A stretch of 64,000 nucleotides of DNA from an uncultured Pelagibacteraceae bacterium. Its GTDB lineage: Bacteria; Pseudomonadota; Alphaproteobacteria; Pelagibacterales; Pelagibacteraceae. The notes below the pieces were generated by a model, which worked only from the letters and a program-made list of their open reading frames with translations, was not told where the DNA came from and did no database searches. This document shows, piece after piece, positions 11,214 through 20,603 of this stretch (its first letter is position 1; each line of letters opens with the position of its first letter). The stretch spans positions 76,376 to 140,375 of the forward strand of contig CABYVU010000001.1 in NCBI GenBank assembly GCA_902522525.1, read 5' to 3'. The position numbers were made by a program, and so were the translations under genes.

Positions 11214-12371
11214 TTACTGCTGTTTTTGCCTTTTCTTTGAAATAAGCTGAGTAAGAGAGTCTACCATCAAGTCTGAGGCTTTAAATATTTCATTTGCTTT
11301 AAACTCATGAGACATATTTTTTTCCTCATTTGTCTTATCTTCTATAATTATTCCTTTATCGGGTGAATTATCCTTTATATATATTAAAATTAACCACTCG
11401 TCGTCTGTTGACTCGTCCCATTTAATAAAAATTTCTCCTGTCTCAAATCTTTTGTCTATACATCTAAAAATAGACATATGTCTTGTGATATATCTTTTGT
11501 TTAATTGGAAAACTAGGCTGTTCGCGCTTCTATAAAAACTTTCTAAAGCAAACTCAATTTTTTGTCTCGCTAAATTATATTCTCTTTCTTTTTGAAGTAG
11601 TGCAGATCTATCATCAGCTTCATCTGTCTTAACGCCAAGTGCCTCAACTCTTTCTCTAATTTTTTGATCTCTTATTAATCTATATTTATTTTTTAAGTTC
11701 TCTATTCTTTGTTGAAGTTCCCCGTAATCTTCTCTTTTTTCTCTTAAAGAAATTTTTTCAAGTTTCTCTAATTCTTTTACTTCTCTTATTCTAAATCTTT
11801 CAATTTGTTTTTGTATCTTTAATTCTTGTAAAAATTTCTTTTGTCTCTCTGATTGTTCTTTTCTTAAAAGAGCTTGTTCTTTTCTTAAAAATAATTTTAA
11901 GTCTTTTGCTCTTAATTTTTCTATTCTTTCTTCATCTTTTAGTTGTTGCTCTTTTAATTTTAATTGCTTTTCCTCTTGTAATATCTTTTGTTTTTTTATT
12001 CTTTCTTTTTCTCTTTCATTTTTTTCAATTTCAATTAATTTTAACCTTCTTTTTTCGTCTTTTCTTTGAGATTTAAATTCATTAATTTTTCCATCAATAG
12101 AATTAAAGAATTTAGAGATACCCCTATCAATTGCAAAAATGTCAAATTTAACTTTAACATTTAATTTTGATTTTATATTTTCCTCTACTCTTACTGACTT
12201 TGTAATTAAATTATCTTTAGTCTTCTTTTTAAGAACTAACTTTTTACTTGTATTTTTTTTTCCTCTAATCCTAAGATTTTTCCTCTTCTTCTTTACTTTT
12301 TTTTTTATTTTTGAGGTAATTTTGCTAATTTTTTTTTTCTTGTTAACTTTTTTTTTTTTATTTTTTTTCAT
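11214..12371 (-). CDS. Hypothetical protein: Lys-rich N-terminus, long charged helix/coiled coil, globular C-terminal domain
   Basis: 385-aa ORF with E/K/R/Q-rich centre; no recognised motif. Confidence 0.7.
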   Translation of the reverse strand: MKKNKKKKVNKKKKISKITSKIKKKVKKKRKNLRIRGKKNTSKKLVLKKKTKDNLITKSVRVEENIKSKLNVKVKFDIFAIDRGISKFFNSIDGKINEFKSQRKDEKRRLKLIEIEKNEREKERIKKQKILQEEKQLKLKEQQLKDEERIEKLRAKDLKLFLRKEQALLRKEQSERQKKFLQELKIQKQIERFRIREVKELEKLEKISLREKREDYGELQQRIENLKNKYRLIRDQKIRERVEALGVKTDEADDRSALLQKEREYNLARQKIEFALESFYRSANSLVFQLNKRYITRHMSIFRCIDKRFETGEIFIKWDESTDDEWLILIYIKDNSPDKGIIIEDKTNEEKNMSHEFKANEIFKASDLMVDSLTQLISKKRQKQQ

Positions 12372-12401
12372 TATTACTGGTATTAACTTATCAGTAATAT
12401 T

Positions 12402-13589
12402 TTAATAAATATAGTCCCGAGTATTAGGAACAGAACTATTATCTTTAGCTAATTGCAATTGAAATACAACCTGATCTCCCCATTTGAATGCCATTTCACA
12501 ACTAGCTAAGTAAAATTCCCACATTCTAAAAAATTTTTCGTCAAACATATCTAAAACTGTATCTTTTTTTGATAAAAATCTCTCTTTCCAATTTCTTAGA
12601 GTATGAGCATAATGCATTCTAAGTACTTCGATATCAGACACTATTAGACCAGACTTTTCGATTGGTTTCGATATCTCACTTAAGCTAGGCGTGTAACCAC
12701 CAGGAAAAATATATTTTTGTATCCATGGTTGTGGATCTCTCGGAGGCATAGAGGAACCAATTGTATGAATTAGTGCTATTCCTTTTTCGTTCAAAAGCTG
12801 AAAAACTTTATTAAAATATGTTCTATAAAAATTTCTACCAACATGCTCAAACATTCCGACACTCACAATCCTATCAAACTTCTCATTTAATTGTCTGTAA
12901 TCAATGAGCTTAAAGTTCACTTGATTTGATAAATTCATTTCTTTCGCTTTATTCTGACTATATTCAAATTGATTTTCAGACAATGTTATTCCTGTAACGC
13001 TAGCTTTTGTCTCCTTTGCTATTGCTAATGCTAATGTTCCCCATCCTGAACCAACATCTAAAACTTTTTGGTTTGGCTGGATGTTTAGCTTTTTTATAAT
13101 ATGATGAATCTTATTGCTTTGAGCTTGTTCAAGAGTATCACTATCATTTTTAAAATAAGCACAAGAATATTGTCTATTTTTATCTAAAAATAAATCGTAA
13201 AGTTTTTCAGATATATCATAATGATGTGCAACATTTTCTTTTGATTTTATTATTTTATTTAAATTCGTAAGATATCCAAACGTACCTTTTATTTTTTTTA
13301 TTACCGCTCCATAAGAATTTATATTCCCTCTACCAATATTTTTAAAAGCTAAATCTAAAAAGTCTGTAAGTGTACCGTTTTCTATTACTAGAGATCCATT
13401 CATATAAGCTTCCCCAAAATACAAGTCAGGATTTATAAGTAACTTTTGCATTAGTTTTTGGTCAAGAAATCTAATTACAATAGGTTTATCTTTTGTTGGA
13501 TTACCTATAACATATTTTTTTGAATTTGAGTCTATAAGTTCAAAACCATCCTGCTTAAATAAATTATTTAAAAAACTTATTAAACTCAT
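12402..13589 (-). CDS. cfa: Cyclopropane-fatty-acyl-phospholipid synthase family SAM methyltransferase
   Basis: HHYDIS, QYSCAYF, VLDVGSGWG, SVGMFEHVG, YIFPGG and RMWEFYLASCE. Confidence 0.9.
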   Translation of the reverse strand: MSLISFLNNLFKQDGFELIDSNSKKYVIGNPTKDKPIVIRFLDQKLMQKLLINPDLYFGEAYMNGSLVIENGTLTDFLDLAFKNIGRGNINSYGAVIKKIKGTFGYLTNLNKIIKSKENVAHHYDISEKLYDLFLDKNRQYSCAYFKNDSDTLEQAQSNKIHHIIKKLNIQPNQKVLDVGSGWGTLALAIAKETKASVTGITLSENQFEYSQNKAKEMNLSNQVNFKLIDYRQLNEKFDRIVSVGMFEHVGRNFYRTYFNKVFQLLNEKGIALIHTIGSSMPPRDPQPWIQKYIFPGGYTPSLSEISKPIEKSGLIVSDIEVLRMHYAHTLRNWKERFLSKKDTVLDMFDEKFFRMWEFYLASCEMAFKWGDQVVFQLQLAKDNSSVPNTRDYIY

Positions 13590-13591
13590 TT

Positions 13592-14476
13592 TTATGCCGC
13601 CTTTAATATCTCCATATTAAAATTTAGTTTTTCAAGATTTGATAATAGATCATTTTTTTCTGCTTGATCTAATAATTTTAATGGAGGCAAAAGATACCCG
13701 TATATTGAATTTTTTTCTGCCATAAGAGTGTGGAGACTTGAGATTAAATTATATTTGTCGAAAGATTTTCTTACATCACACAAATTTTGATTAGATGATA
13801 AATCTAGATTATTATGGAAATTATCATAAATTTTTCTAGCTAAGTGACCTGTAACATTTGTTGTTGCAGTAATTATACCACGGCATCCCAATTCAAGACC
13901 TTTTAATAATTTTACCTCAGAACCTGGAAAAATTGAAAAATTTTTAATTTTCAAAGTTTCAAATAAATTATAACTGCTATCCTTTACACCAATAATTTGA
14001 TCAGGGAATTTTTGAACCAAATTTTCCACACATTGAACACTAAATTTATATCCACAAAGTTTTTCAAAATTATATAGAATAATTTTACAATCATTAATCT
14101 CTTTGATTATTCTAGAATAGAAATTGATCACATCTTCGTCTCCATACTTATAATAAGCTGGTGGCATTATTAAAAAATTATTAAAACCCATAGATTTAGA
14201 AATTTTCATTAAATTTATTGTATCGATTAAAGAATTGAGACCAGTTCCAATTATAAATTTACTTTTATGTCTACTCTTAGGTAGCTCATTTATTAGTTGA
14301 ATTTTTTCACTCAAGGATATCAATTGGGACTGTCCAGTGCTCCCAAAAAAAACAACACCATGACATCCTAAATCAATGACATTTTCAGCGTGTTTAATGG
14401 TATTTTTAATGTCTAATGCTAAATTTTTATCTAAAACTGATAAACTAGCAGCATATACACCTTTAATTTGTTCCAT
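13592..14476 (-). CDS. DapA/NanA-family class I aldolase
   Basis: GSTGQ, PPAYYK, ILYNF and GVKDSS (Schiff-base Lys); start set to ATG 14476. Confidence 0.85.
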   Translation of the reverse strand: MEQIKGVYAASLSVLDKNLALDIKNTIKHAENVIDLGCHGVVFFGSTGQSQLISLSEKIQLINELPKSRHKSKFIIGTGLNSLIDTINLMKISKSMGFNNFLIMPPAYYKYGDEDVINFYSRIIKEINDCKIILYNFEKLCGYKFSVQCVENLVQKFPDQIIGVKDSSYNLFETLKIKNFSIFPGSEVKLLKGLELGCRGIITATTNVTGHLARKIYDNFHNNLDLSSNQNLCDVRKSFDKYNLISSLHTLMAEKNSIYGYLLPPLKLLDQAEKNDLLSNLEKLNFNMEILKAA

Positions 14477-14524
14477 TGCCAAAATTTATATAAAAATTCA
14501 AATTAGTAAAGGTTATAAAAACAT

Positions 14525-15478
14525 ATGAATATACTTGTTATACAAAACCGTATGGGTATTGGAGATATGGTAATTTTCTTACCTTTTATAGAAGCAATCT
14601 CTAAAAAATATAATTCACCAATTACTCTTTTAATAAAAGAGAGCACAAAAGCAAAGGAATATACAAAAAATTTAAATTTTTTAAAAAATATAATTTACTT
14701 AAAAAGGGAAAATAAAAACGATGAGCACAGTGGTATATCGGGTTTTTTCAAATTAAAAAATGAAATTAAAAATAATTTATTTGATACGGTTTTTATTTTT
14801 AATTCATCGCTTAGATATAGACTTGTTTGTATAAGTGCAGGTATAAAAAATATATATCAGTACCCATTATTTGAGAAAAAAGAACAACACATTATCGATG
14901 CTGCAAATAAATTGCTAGATAAGATAAATTTAAAAGTAGAAAGCAATCCTCGAATAAAAATTAATGAGAGTTCAGTGAAACTAGCTGCTCAGAGACTTTC
15001 AATTTCAAAAAATAAAATTAACATTTTACTTGGAATAGGTGGCTCTGGTCCCTCTAAAAGAATTCCAGCTGATAAATTTAAAAAATTCATAGAACTAGCT
15101 ATTAAAAATTATGACTGTGTCTTTTATTTAGCGACAGGCAAAAATAAAGAAGAACAATCAATACTTAATACTATATTGTCATCATATAAAGAGATTTGTG
15201 TTCCCTTAGATAATAATTCAATTTCTGAAATTTTGCCAATTATAAAGAATTGTAAAATAGCAATATGTAACGATTCAAGTTTCAGTCACCTATCTGCTGC
15301 TTTAAATATTCCTACAATAGTTTTAATGAGTGATACACCTTTATTGTATGGAAGTTATAGTCCAAATATGTATCCTATAATTCCTGATGGTATGAATTTT
15401 GTTTCACATAATTCAAGGGGTAAAGAAAAAATTGATCCAGAGAAGATTTTTACAAAATTTAAATCAATTATTAACTAA
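14525..15478 (+). CDS. Glycosyltransferase family 9 (heptosyltransferase-like)
   Basis: GIGDMV and CNDSSFSHLSAALNIPTIVL motifs. Confidence 0.85.
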   Translation: MNILVIQNRMGIGDMVIFLPFIEAISKKYNSPITLLIKESTKAKEYTKNLNFLKNIIYLKRENKNDEHSGISGFFKLKNEIKNNLFDTVFIFNSSLRYRLVCISAGIKNIYQYPLFEKKEQHIIDAANKLLDKINLKVESNPRIKINESSVKLAAQRLSISKNKINILLGIGGSGPSKRIPADKFKKFIELAIKNYDCVFYLATGKNKEEQSILNTILSSYKEICVPLDNNSISEILPIIKNCKIAICNDSSFSHLSAALNIPTIVLMSDTPLLYGSYSPNMYPIIPDGMNFVSHNSRGKEKIDPEKIFTKFKSIIN

Positions 15479-15980
15479 TATTTTTTATCACAATATCTTT
15501 TGCCTCATTTACTATCGAAGCAAGTCTAGTTAATTCTGGGCTTACATCTGGATGAATTTTTTTCATAATAGACTTATAAGATTTCATTACTTGTGCTTTA
15601 GTATACTTTATGTCAGATTTTAAATTTAGTATTTTATATGCTTCGTCTAAGGATATGCTCTGTTTGTTTACAGATTGGTTAAAATTATTAAAATTAAATC
15701 TTCCTGAATTTCTTAAAACTCTGAAAAGCCCCCATAATCTAAGAAGCTGAAATAAAGATATTCCAGCTTTTGTTTTTATCAGCGGTAAAATTGCAAGCAC
15801 AAAAGGTAATGAAAATATATATCTTCCCGCATAAGCCATAATAACAGCCAATACTATCGCAGAAATAATTATTATTATTCGTAAAAAACTTGAAATTTTT
15901 TTAGCAGAAGTTCTAGCAAACCAAGTTAGAAGAACATATACAATGACGAAAATAATCAGTGTTATAAAAAAAATATTCAT
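15471..15980 (-). CDS. Membrane-anchored J-domain protein (TimB/Pam18-like)
   Basis: N-terminal TM helices; SLDEAYKILNL...KKIHPD...VNEAKD. Confidence 0.8.
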   Translation of the reverse strand: MNIFFITLIIFVIVYVLLTWFARTSAKKISSFLRIIIIISAIVLAVIMAYAGRYIFSLPFVLAILPLIKTKAGISLFQLLRLWGLFRVLRNSGRFNFNNFNQSVNKQSISLDEAYKILNLKSDIKYTKAQVMKSYKSIMKKIHPDVSPELTRLASIVNEAKDIVIKNIS

Positions 15981-15998
15981 ATATTAATTTAATTCAAA

Positions 15999-18074
15999 AT
16001 GAAACTACCACAGCTTGAAAAGAAACCTGAAATAAAATCTTGTCACAATAGATCTTGGACAGACGATTATAGTTGGATTCATCAGCAAAATATTCTCGAG
16101 GTTTTAAGGGATAGCTCAAAACTTTTGCCTGAAGTAAGAAAATATTTGGAAGATGAAAATGAATATTTTTCCTACCAAATGAAAGATACTAAAAAAATCC
16201 AAAAAAAACTTTTCGATGAAATAAAAGCAAGAATCAAACTAGATGATGAGTCACTGCCTTACAAAGACAAAAACTATGAGTATTGGACTAAAACTACAGC
16301 AAAAGGAAATTATTCGATTAAATTAAGAAAAAAAATTGGTGAAGAACAAATTGAAGAAATTTGGAACGGCGATAAAGAGAAGGAGAAACTTAAAACAGAA
16401 TATTTTGGTTTAGGTGACTTAGAAGTAAGCTTTAATGATGAGTATCTTGGATATTCTTTAGATTTAAAAGGATCTGAATATTATACAATTTATATAAGAA
16501 ACATAAAATCTGGAAATTTAGTCACTGAAAAAATTGAGGAAACGAGTGGTAGCATCGAATTCAGTTTAGATGATAAATACATATTTTATTCTAAATTAGA
16601 TAAACATCATAGGCCTAGAACTATTTATAGACATGAAATTGGATCGGAAACAAAAGATGATTTATTGATTTTTGAAGAAAAAAGCGAAGCATTCACTGTT
16701 GGAATTGGCCTTAGTTCAGATGAGAAATATTTCATAATTACAAGTTCTGACCATAATACTTCAGAACAATATTACTTTGAAGTTAATGAAAATAATCCAA
16801 ATCCTAAATTAATCCAAAAGAGAAAAAAGGGAATAATATACTCGATTAATTCTTGGGATGACTATTTTTATAAACATACTAATGAAAATGCTGAAGATTT
16901 TAAGATTGATAGATGTAATAACTTAGTTGAACAAAAATGGGAGCCATTTATTAATGCAAAAGATGAGGTATTGATAGGAGGTTTAGTATTTTTAAATAAT
17001 TGGATAATTCGATCTGAAACGTCTAATGCACTTGGAAAAATAATTTTACGTGATCCAAAGACAAATCAAGAGGAAGAGATTATTTTTAGCGACGAAAAAG
17101 TAATTGTTCCAAGTATATCATTAACTCAAAAAGATAAAAACACAGACAATGTATATTTATCGTATTCTTCACCTAAAACTCCAGGGAGAACTTTTTTATA
17201 TAATTTAAAATCAAAAGATAAGAAACTTGTTAAAGAACAAGAAATTCCATCTGGACACGATCCAGATAATTATATTGTGGAGCGTCTTGAGTGCCCATCT
17301 CATGATGGAAGAATGGTTCCTTTAACTATTACTAGACATAAAGATACTATTTTGGACGGTTCATCAAATCTTTTACTTTACGGTTATGGATCATATGGAA
17401 ATTCAATGTCTCCAGGATTTTCTTCTACCCGATTAAGTTTAATAAATAGAAATATAATCTGGGTAACAGCACATATTAGAGGTGGAATGGAAAGAGGGAT
17501 GAAATGGTGGAAAGAAGGAAAGCTTTTAAATAAAAAAAATACATTTGAAGATTATATAGCCGTTGGAAAATATTTGATTGAAAAAAAATATACTTCAAAG
17601 AGTAAAATTATAGGGATGGGTGGTTCCGCTGGTGGATTACTTATGGGAGCAGTTGTAAATCAAGCGCCAGAACTGTTTTTAGGAGTAATAATGGCTGTAC
17701 CATTCGTAGACTCATTAACAACTAATCTTGACCATTCACTGCCATTAACAGTTGGGGAGTTTGATGAATTTGGAAATGCAAAAAATAATAAAGATCATTT
17801 TGATTATATTTATTCATATGCTCCGTATAACAACATAAAAAAAATGGATTATCCTCATATTTTAATAACTACAAGTCTAAGTGATAATAGAGTTCTATTT
17901 GACGAACCTGCAAAATTTACTGCAAAATTAAGAGACTATAAAACAGATAATAATTTATTATTATTAAAAACTGAAATGAATGCTGGTCATGGAGGAAAAT
18001 CTGGCAGAGATGGAGCGATTGAAGAAATAGCCATTGATTATAGCTTTGTTTTGAAAATTACTGAAAAATATTAA
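15999..18074 (+). CDS. ptrB: Oligopeptidase B (S9A)
   Basis: LLYGYGSYG, HIRGG, GGSAGGLL, DNRV and AGHGG catalytic motifs. Confidence 0.95.
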   Translation: MKLPQLEKKPEIKSCHNRSWTDDYSWIHQQNILEVLRDSSKLLPEVRKYLEDENEYFSYQMKDTKKIQKKLFDEIKARIKLDDESLPYKDKNYEYWTKTTAKGNYSIKLRKKIGEEQIEEIWNGDKEKEKLKTEYFGLGDLEVSFNDEYLGYSLDLKGSEYYTIYIRNIKSGNLVTEKIEETSGSIEFSLDDKYIFYSKLDKHHRPRTIYRHEIGSETKDDLLIFEEKSEAFTVGIGLSSDEKYFIITSSDHNTSEQYYFEVNENNPNPKLIQKRKKGIIYSINSWDDYFYKHTNENAEDFKIDRCNNLVEQKWEPFINAKDEVLIGGLVFLNNWIIRSETSNALGKIILRDPKTNQEEEIIFSDEKVIVPSISLTQKDKNTDNVYLSYSSPKTPGRTFLYNLKSKDKKLVKEQEIPSGHDPDNYIVERLECPSHDGRMVPLTITRHKDTILDGSSNLLLYGYGSYGNSMSPGFSSTRLSLINRNIIWVTAHIRGGMERGMKWWKEGKLLNKKNTFEDYIAVGKYLIEKKYTSKSKIIGMGGSAGGLLMGAVVNQAPELFLGVIMAVPFVDSLTTNLDHSLPLTVGEFDEFGNAKNNKDHFDYIYSYAPYNNIKKMDYPHILITTSLSDNRVLFDEPAKFTAKLRDYKTDNNLLLLKTEMNAGHGGKSGRDGAIEEIAIDYSFVLKITEKY

Positions 18075-18085
18075 CATTTTTAGCA

Positions 18086-18112
18086 TTGAAATTTTAAAAT
18101 TAAATACCATAT
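18086..18112 (+). promoter_or_regulatory. RpoH-type promoter of the small heat shock gene
   Basis: TTGAAA-N15-CCATAT. Confidence 0.7.
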
Positions 18113-18117
18113 AATTA

Positions 18118-18179
18118 ATGTAAGTCGCCTTATTGGGGCTTACATAAATTAACTTGCTTAAACAAAAGGAGTAAATATG
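18118..18179 (+). ncRNA. ROSE-like RNA thermometer in the sHsp 5' UTR
   Basis: Two hairpins; the second pairs ACUUGCUU (UUGCU, bulged G) with AAGGAGU SD. Confidence 0.7.
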
Positions 18180-18623
18180 ACAAGTAAGGATCTATCAATC
18201 TTTAACTCACTAAGACCGTTTTCTATTGGTTTTGACGATATGTTTGACCAATTTGAAAGTATGCTTGGTAATGGTGGTATGACTATGCAATCGAACTATC
18301 CACCATACAATATTAGAAAAACTGGAAAAGATAACTACTCTATTGAAGTAGCTTTAGCTGGTTTTAATAAGAAAGATGTCGAAGTTGAGTTCGAAGATAA
18401 TATATTAACTGTAAGAACAAAACAGATTAATAAGTCTGAAGATCAAAATCAAGATGGCGAAATAATTCATAAAGGAATTTCGCAAAGACAATTCGCAAGA
18501 TCTTTTACTATTGCAGATGATGTGAAAGTAAATGGTGCTGAGCTTAAGGATGGTCTTTTGACGATTGCATGCGAAAGAATTTTACCAGATCATAAGAAAA
18601 AAAGACTTATTGATATTAAATAA
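18177..18623 (+). CDS. ibpA: Small heat shock protein IbpA/Hsp20
   Basis: IGFDDMF, NYPPYNI, VALAGF, HKGISQRQFARSF and AELKDGLL. Confidence 0.96.
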   Translation: MTSKDLSIFNSLRPFSIGFDDMFDQFESMLGNGGMTMQSNYPPYNIRKTGKDNYSIEVALAGFNKKDVEVEFEDNILTVRTKQINKSEDQNQDGEIIHKGISQRQFARSFTIADDVKVNGAELKDGLLTIACERILPDHKKKRLIDIK

Positions 18624-18637
18624 ATAATTTAAACCTT

Positions 18638-18663
18638 GCTTGTGGGGTTCGCCCCACAAGTTT
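18638..18663. terminator. Hairpin terminator between convergent ibpA and lipoprotein genes
   Basis: CTTGTGGGG-TTCG-CCCCACAAG followed by TTT. Confidence 0.85.
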
Positions 18664-18964
18664 AAAAACATCCACTAGAACTGAAAGCGATAATAGTTCC
18701 GTTAGCGTTGACTTCAAATCTTCGTTCACAGGGTACACCATATTTTTTTGTTTTATAAATTAAAACTTCATTGCCAGTATCATTGACAATATCTTCGTTA
18801 GGAGACCCTAATTCTAACTTCATTTTATTAACATCTCCACCTACAAATAAACCGTATTTTTTATTTTCCTTTTCTACAACCTCGTTAGTTTTATTCTGAA
18901 TAGTTTGACAACCTGCAGTCACCAAAAGAATTGAAATTAATGTGATAGCGAATCTAATTTTCAT
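18662..18964 (-). CDS. Small lipoprotein
   Basis: Lipobox VTAGC; LGSP..., CERRF and C-terminal GCF (possible disulfide). Confidence 0.75.
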   Translation of the reverse strand: MKIRFAITLISILLVTAGCQTIQNKTNEVVEKENKKYGLFVGGDVNKMKLELGSPNEDIVNDTGNEVLIYKTKKYGVPCERRFEVNANGTIIAFSSSGCF

Positions 18965-19103
18965 AATTTATTTATAATACTGAATTGTGACAAAAGATTA
19001 ACTTAAAAGTTGAAAAAAAAATAAGTTTTCCATCAAAATTAGATAAATATAATGTATTTATATTACTTAATTCTTTATTTTTATTACTATCAAATCGATT
19101 CTT

Positions 19104-20603
19104 ATGAACACAAAACTTAAAGTATCAAATATTTCAAAAACTTATCCAGGATGTATTGCAAACGATAAAGTATCATTAGAATTTGGAAGTGGTAAAATAT
19201 ATGCATTATTAGGTGAAAATGGGGCTGGCAAGTCTACACTAGTTAAAATTTTGTCTGGAGTAGTAAAGCCTGATGAGGGGGAAGTTTTTTTAAATGATGA
19301 AAGCATTAAACTTAATTCTCCCCTAGATGCCAAAAAAAATAATATTGGAATGGTTTTTCAACATTTCAATCTCTTTGAGACTTTATCAGTATTTGAAAAT
19401 TTAAGTATCGATAGTTACAAAAAAGATGAAGATCTAAGAGCTTTGGTCAACGAAATACTAAAAAAGTATAATTTTAAAATTGATCTAGATATTCCAGTTC
19501 TAAATTTATCAGCAGGTCAGAAACAAAAAGTAGAAATTATAAGGTGTTTAATAAGAAATCCAAAAGTATTGATTATGGATGAACCTACATCAGTTTTAAC
19601 TGAACAAGAAACTGATGATTTATTTATTTCTTTAAAACAATTTTCAAAAGATGGAATATTAATTATTTATATTACTCATAAATTGAAAGAAGTTTTGTCA
19701 CTTTGTGATGAGGTAGCCGTAATGAGAAAAGGTAAAGTGGTTTCGGTTAGCAACACGATTGATGAAAAAATTGAGAGTTTAGCTAATAAAATGGTAGGTG
19801 AAAATTTAAATACTATTAAAAAAAAAATTAATAATTTTAAAAATAGCGAGGAAATTTTAAAAATCTCAAATTTAAATTTTAAAAGTGACGACCCATATGA
19901 AACAAATTTAAATAATTTAAACCTTTCTTTAAAAAAAGGAGAGTGTTTAGGTATAGCTGGTATTTCAGGAAATGGACAAAATGAATTATTTCAAATACTG
20001 AGTGGAGAAATAATTGCGGAAGGTACTTCTATAATGTTTAGAAATAAAGAAATCGGGAGATTAAATCCTAGGGAAAGAAGAGAATACCTTATGGCTTTTT
20101 CACCTGAAGATCGTATCTCTCAAGCTGCAGTCCCTGAGTTAAAGATATATGAAAATGTTGCATTAAATAATTTTAAATCATCCAATTTTTTTGAAAAAGG
20201 TTTAGTGAATGAAAAGAAAATAAAAGAACACTCAAAGAAAATACTTTCTAATTTTTCTGTCAACACAGACAATGTTGAATTAAAAAGTCAATTTTTATCT
20301 GGTGGAAATCTTCAAAAATTAATTATTGGAAGAGAATTAATTACTTCACCTGAATTATTGGTATGTTTTAACCCAACATGGGGTCTTGATGTTGGTGCGA
20401 TCAACTACATTCATGAAACATTAATTCAAATTAATGAACAAGGAAAATCATCAATATTAATTTCTACTGATAACGATGAACTATTAAAATTAAGTGACCG
20501 TATTTGTGTAATTTATAAAGGTAAACTATCTAAAATAATGAATGCAGATACCGTTACTGCTGAAAAATTAGGAATTTTGATGGGTGGAGGTTCAATTGAT
20601 TAA
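19104..20603 (+). CDS. Nucleoside/purine ABC transporter ATPase (two NBDs)
   Basis: GENGAGKST, MDEPT, PEDR and LSGGNLQK. Confidence 0.93.
   Translation: MNTKLKVSNISKTYPGCIANDKVSLEFGSGKIYALLGENGAGKSTLVKILSGVVKPDEGEVFLNDESIKLNSPLDAKKNNIGMVFQHFNLFETLSVFENLSIDSYKKDEDLRALVNEILKKYNFKIDLDIPVLNLSAGQKQKVEIIRCLIRNPKVLIMDEPTSVLTEQETDDLFISLKQFSKDGILIIYITHKLKEVLSLCDEVAVMRKGKVVSVSNTIDEKIESLANKMVGENLNTIKKKINNFKNSEEILKISNLNFKSDDPYETNLNNLNLSLKKGECLGIAGISGNGQNELFQILSGEIIAEGTSIMFRNKEIGRLNPRERREYLMAFSPEDRISQAAVPELKIYENVALNNFKSSNFFEKGLVNEKKIKEHSKKILSNFSVNTDNVELKSQFLSGGNLQKLIIGRELITSPELLVCFNPTWGLDVGAINYIHETLIQINEQGKSSILISTDNDELLKLSDRICVIYKGKLSKIMNADTVTAEKLGILMGGGSID

Noticed and set aside
12139-12405. Phe-rich plus-strand ORF and poly-T tracts as a phase-variable gene
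   Set aside because: Complement of the Lys codons of the minus-strand gene; the reading frame is intact
18965-19103. AT-rich inverted repeats (ATAAATA..TATTTAT, TTGTGACAA) in the divergent spacer
   Set aside because: Short and expected by chance at this AT content
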